A DNA stretch of 64,000 bases from Zygnema circumcarinatum SAG 698-1b (lineage: Eukaryota; Plantae; Zygnematophyceae), in assembly GCA_037447605.1 (NCBI GenBank), contig CM074804.1, forward strand, positions 7,479,909-7,543,908. Reading direction: 5' to 3'. The notes below the pieces were generated by a model that was not told the DNA's origin, searched no databases, and saw only the letters and a program-made list of their open reading frames with translations. This document shows positions 60,601 to 64,000 of the stretch, piece by piece. The position numbers and the translations under genes were made by a program. Numbering within the stretch: position 1 is the first letter of the stretch; each line of letters starts with the position of its first letter.

Positions 60601-63600
60601 GGGTTGGATTGGAAATTGAGGAGAGAGAGGGAAGCTTTGCGGGAGAGAGGAGGTGCTTTCGGGAAAATTGTTGGTAGGTCCCTCCCAATTTCGACACGTG
60701 TCAGCAGCTTCAATGCTGCCTGAACAAACGGCTGTTGAACTTTTTTTACCTCCCGAGTCTTGGGGCAAAGCAAGAGGGGTCTCCCTGGGGAAGCACAGAA
60801 AGGGACCCAAATTCGATTTTCCTTTTAAACTATTTTGGCAAGCTTGTAAAATGATTGTTTCCAGTATGTATGGATGTTTCACCATCTCTTGGGCCGAAAC
60901 TACTGAATACACTGAAACGACAAGATGCGATAACTTAAGGTGATCCGTGGGAAGAAGACGAAGGAAGGGGGGGGGGGGGTCTGCTTTCAAAGAGTTGGGA
61001 GTAGCAAGCAGCTGCTGAAGCCGGAAAGGGTTTTTAGAACTAAAAACCCTTCCCTTTTAGAAAGGAAGCAAAGCTTGGTCACTGAGGGAGAGTTAAACTA
61101 CTCGTGTTCGGTGGTTTTAAGGAAGATAGTGCATGCAAGAAAGATTAGGGCGACAATGAGAAAGAAAGTAAGGGATAGGAAGGTTAGGATAAAGGCAGAT
61201 CCGCCCTAGGGTTTGATAGGTCGGATCTGGGACAGTGGAAGTGCGAGGGGAGGTGTTACCTGGCAGCTGCACTTGCATAGTGCTGACACGTGTCCCGCAT
61301 AGGGCATGCGCCGCAGTTGGGACTACGTTTGCTACAGAAAACCTGCACCCAATACAAATTTTTTTTTTTTTTCTAAACGGCAGGGCTCGCCATAAAGTCA
61401 AGAAGCAGAATGGCAGCAAACCCTAAAAGTGGAGAACCTCCGATCGAGGGCTTCACGAGTGGATTCATGGCAGCCATTGGCATTTTGAAAAGTTAAGAAA
61501 GTGGTTGTTCATGGGAGGAAGCAAGTGAGAGTGAGAGGGAGAGAGGAGCGTGTCTCTCTGCATGTGCACTCCCACATGGATGGGACTTGAGGGCCCTGTT
61601 CACACCTTGCCGAACGTGATCATCTGGTAGTGCAGCTCATACCTGCAGCAAACCTCCAAGTGGAGAATTTACCCCTTGACGCAAGCACAAGCATGGAATA
61701 CATGGTGTAACATAACATAACAACACATAACTTTGCCAACATAACGTGGTATACGCAAAACACGGAAACAGAGAGAGTGAGAGAGAGGAGGGGAGGGGAA
61801 GCGAGAGAGAGAGAGGGATATAGAGAGAGCGAGAGAAGACAGAGAGAGAACGGGGGGGAAGGGAGAGAGGGAGGGAGGGCGGAAGGAAGGGAGGTTGGGA
61901 GGGAGGGAGGTTGGGAGGGAGGGAGGGAGGGAGTGGGGGGAGGGGGGATAGATGGGGGCTTACAATGTGGATTGTGAAAGGTTGCAGAGCCGCGGCCAAA
62001 GGTATTGCTGGATAGAGGCCTGCACTGGATACCTGCAGATGGTAGGGTTTCTTCAGCTCGTTTGCAGGTTTACAGGCTCATAGGAGCAGTTCTTTTCTCT
62101 TTGTTGCTGTTGTTGCAGGCCTAAACTTTCAGCTTTTCATAGACCCCTTCTACATGACAGAAACCTGCTACCGGTCTTAATGGTTTAAGAGAATGTCAGT
62201 AAAGAGTTTGCCGCACTACGGTTTGAGGGGTTGAGCCACCATACTGTTCCAAAAGGTGGAGCTGAACCTCTTCCGGAAAAGGCTCCAAAGGCACCCATCC
62301 GAGCCTCACACAGATGCGTCCAACATTGGTATCCACCTTTACTCCCCAAACATAAGAGGAAAAACTAAGCAAAGAGGTGAACAATAATCCTGAAGCATAA
62401 TACCAGAATGTTTGAAGCTAATTGAAGTTCCAAAAATTTGCATAAGTACACGATATTTTGCGCGGTTTTGCTCCTCACAGGGAAGGCAAGATGGTGAAGA
62501 CAGAGGAGACGGATGCACTCCGTACTTTTCAGTCCCATACCGCGAATACTGACAAGAAACTCCCTGCATTTCGCATGGAACTGTTCCGAGTCAGTAACAG
62601 TAGAGGGTCAGTCGGCAGTAGCAACGCTTTGTTTGGTTGAAGGCACTCTTGTTCCATAAGCGCGTACAGGTGATCGTAGAATTGAAGAGTAAGGGGGGAA
62701 GGAGGTGAGAGACTCTCACTGTGCTATGTCTGGAGACACATCATGCAGCCATTCAAGATCAATGTTCCCAAACTTGGTCCACAGTTCCTGCAGGAATGCC
62801 TACAGACACGAGAAAGCGAGCGAGAGAGAGAAAGAGAGAGAGAGAGTGTGTGTGAGAGAGAGAGACTTATAAGAACCGAGAGTTCTGAAACCTCCTGGCA
62901 ACTCTTCCACCTTGAACCCTTCCATCGTCTACCTCACATTCCATTCAACTTCAGTGTACTTTTGCATAAAGATGGTCAGAGTGTCTCCCACCTTGATCCG
63001 TCCCGCCAACATGTAGTGCTGCCCCCTCTCGCGAATGGTCATGGCTATGTCCTCCACAGAGGCTTGCCTTATGGCCTCCCAATCCACCCCATCGGGAGAG
63101 CCTCTCATGCCCCATTCCGCCGCTTGGCGGCTCTCTGCTACTTGCCTCCTGAACCCTCCCCAGTCTCTCTCTCCCGTCCTTCCCTTACTTCTGAACACTT
63201 TCGCCTTCGTCTCTCTCTCTGCTCTCTCTGAGCCTGTCATTTGCACTTTCACCGTGGGCTGTTTTTGGCTTGAGGGAGCCCCAAAACTATGTGGTGATTC
63301 CATTTCTATGTCCTTGACATTTTCGAAATCTCGCACACCTACTCCCTCTCGAACGTTCTCCCTTCCTTTGCGTCTCTCTTCCCTTTCATCCCGTGTCTTT
63401 CTCTCACTCCCAATGCAATTCGACACGGTCTTCTTCCTCTCCCTCTCCCTCTCTCTGCTTCCTCCAAGATCTGCCAATGAATGAGCTCCAAAGCCTTGCT
63501 CACGTTCGCCCGAACAATTTTGCCGCTCGTTGACTGACGGAACTGAAGATCTGTCTTCCATAGAAACCCTCTCAACTGACCGAACCCCAACCTCCTTCAG

Positions 63601-63808
63601 CAAGTCCCTTGTGAAACTCTCATCCTCAGAAAGCTGTTTCTCAGTGTTCTTTAACGAATCTGAAAATTTTCTTACATGGGTTTGGTAACATGAAACTTCC
63701 TGAGAGCCATTATCCCCCTCCCCCTTAGGACTTGTTGACCTGGATTTTGCTTTAGTCATTTCCCGGCGAAGCTTCCGGGAAAATGCACGAAGTGCCATGA
63801 AAGCGGAG
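57661..63808 (-). CDS. DML: DEMETER/ROS1-like (DML) 5-methylcytosine DNA glycosylase/lyase; the 5' part lies beyond the window end
   Basis: Minus-strand exons 63808-62992, 62799-62720, 62563-62479, 62336-62245, 62032-61964, 61642-61606, 61342-61260, 60784-60158, 60011-59975, 59789-59732, 59505-59378, 59107-59042, 58418-58304, 58131-58093, 57782-57661. End of domain A (SSAFMAL), VDWEAIRQAS, HhH GMGLKSTECIRLL, catalytic AFPVDTNVGRI, Fe-S CSKRSPNCGACPMRDTC, PIVEEPESP, RLRTVHYVYEVPD, RRM-fold CRTAMEKSFPLNGTYFQTNEVFADH. Confidence 0.96.
58859..58930 (-). pseudogene. Degenerate tRNA-like element (tRNA pseudogene or tRNA-derived SINE head) inside a DML intron
   Basis: Reverse complement GGGCCAGTGTTGTAGTGGCAACGCACTATGGCTCGCTACCATAGGTCCCGGGTTCAATTCCTGGCTGGACCA. 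It has an A-box-like TAGTGG, a B box GGTTCAATTCC, an acceptor stem with one G-A mismatch and a loop CT-CGC-TA with a pyrimidine at position 37. There is no T4 terminator immediately downstream. Confidence 0.75.
61790..61950. repeat. Purine-rich (GA)n/(GGGA)n low-complexity tract in a DML intron
   Basis: Runs of GAGA and GGGAGGGA. Similar short tracts at ~59820-59885 and ~62812-62866. Confidence 0.85.
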
Positions 63809-64000
63809 CTGCATCCACATACCCAACGCGCGTTGAAGCGATAAATGACCATAGAAGCTGCATATTATACTTCATATTCTCTTTAAAAGTCCAATATTTA
63901 TCTGACTAAGTTTCTTTAAACTGAACCTGAGTGTCCATCTCAAGCCCAATCTGTCTCCAAGTTTTAGCAGCTTGTTTGGAATCAAGCATTGTCAGTACAT

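Overview
Intron-rich, gene-dense eukaryotic nuclear DNA from the green lineage. The gene set is plant-like (LESV, DEMETER/ROS1-family glycosylase, plastid-type Der), so a streptophyte alga or early-diverging plant is my inference; I cannot name the species. The window opens with a ~4.2 kb (GA)n tract. It then holds 12 spliced protein-coding genes, reconstructed by eye from splice sites and remembered protein families: AAH (+), cytosolic SerRS (+), a GST (+), Der/EngA GTPase (+), an OCRE/G-patch protein (-), NEMP/TMEM194 (+), a NOG1-like plastid GTPase (-), LESV (+), a CRLC thioredoxin-like protein (-), COX16 (+) and a 5'-truncated DML 5mC glycosylase (-). Also present are tRNA-Lys(UUU), a degenerate tRNA-like element in a DML intron, and two TA-flanked MITEs. 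Best leads: (1) a phased 5-copy ATCGAACGG array with 27-28 bp period upstream of NEMP; (2) a ~700 bp fold-back of the AAH 3' end whose loop and flank match both sides of the NEMP locus 27-32 kb away; (3) a DML with catalytic residues and Fe-S motif intact but no cysteines in the permuted-CXXC segment; (4) an orphan promoter-like CpG island followed by ~3 kb I cannot assign. No CRISPR array or autonomous transposase was seen. All homology calls are from memory, not from searches, and exon ends may be off by a few bases.
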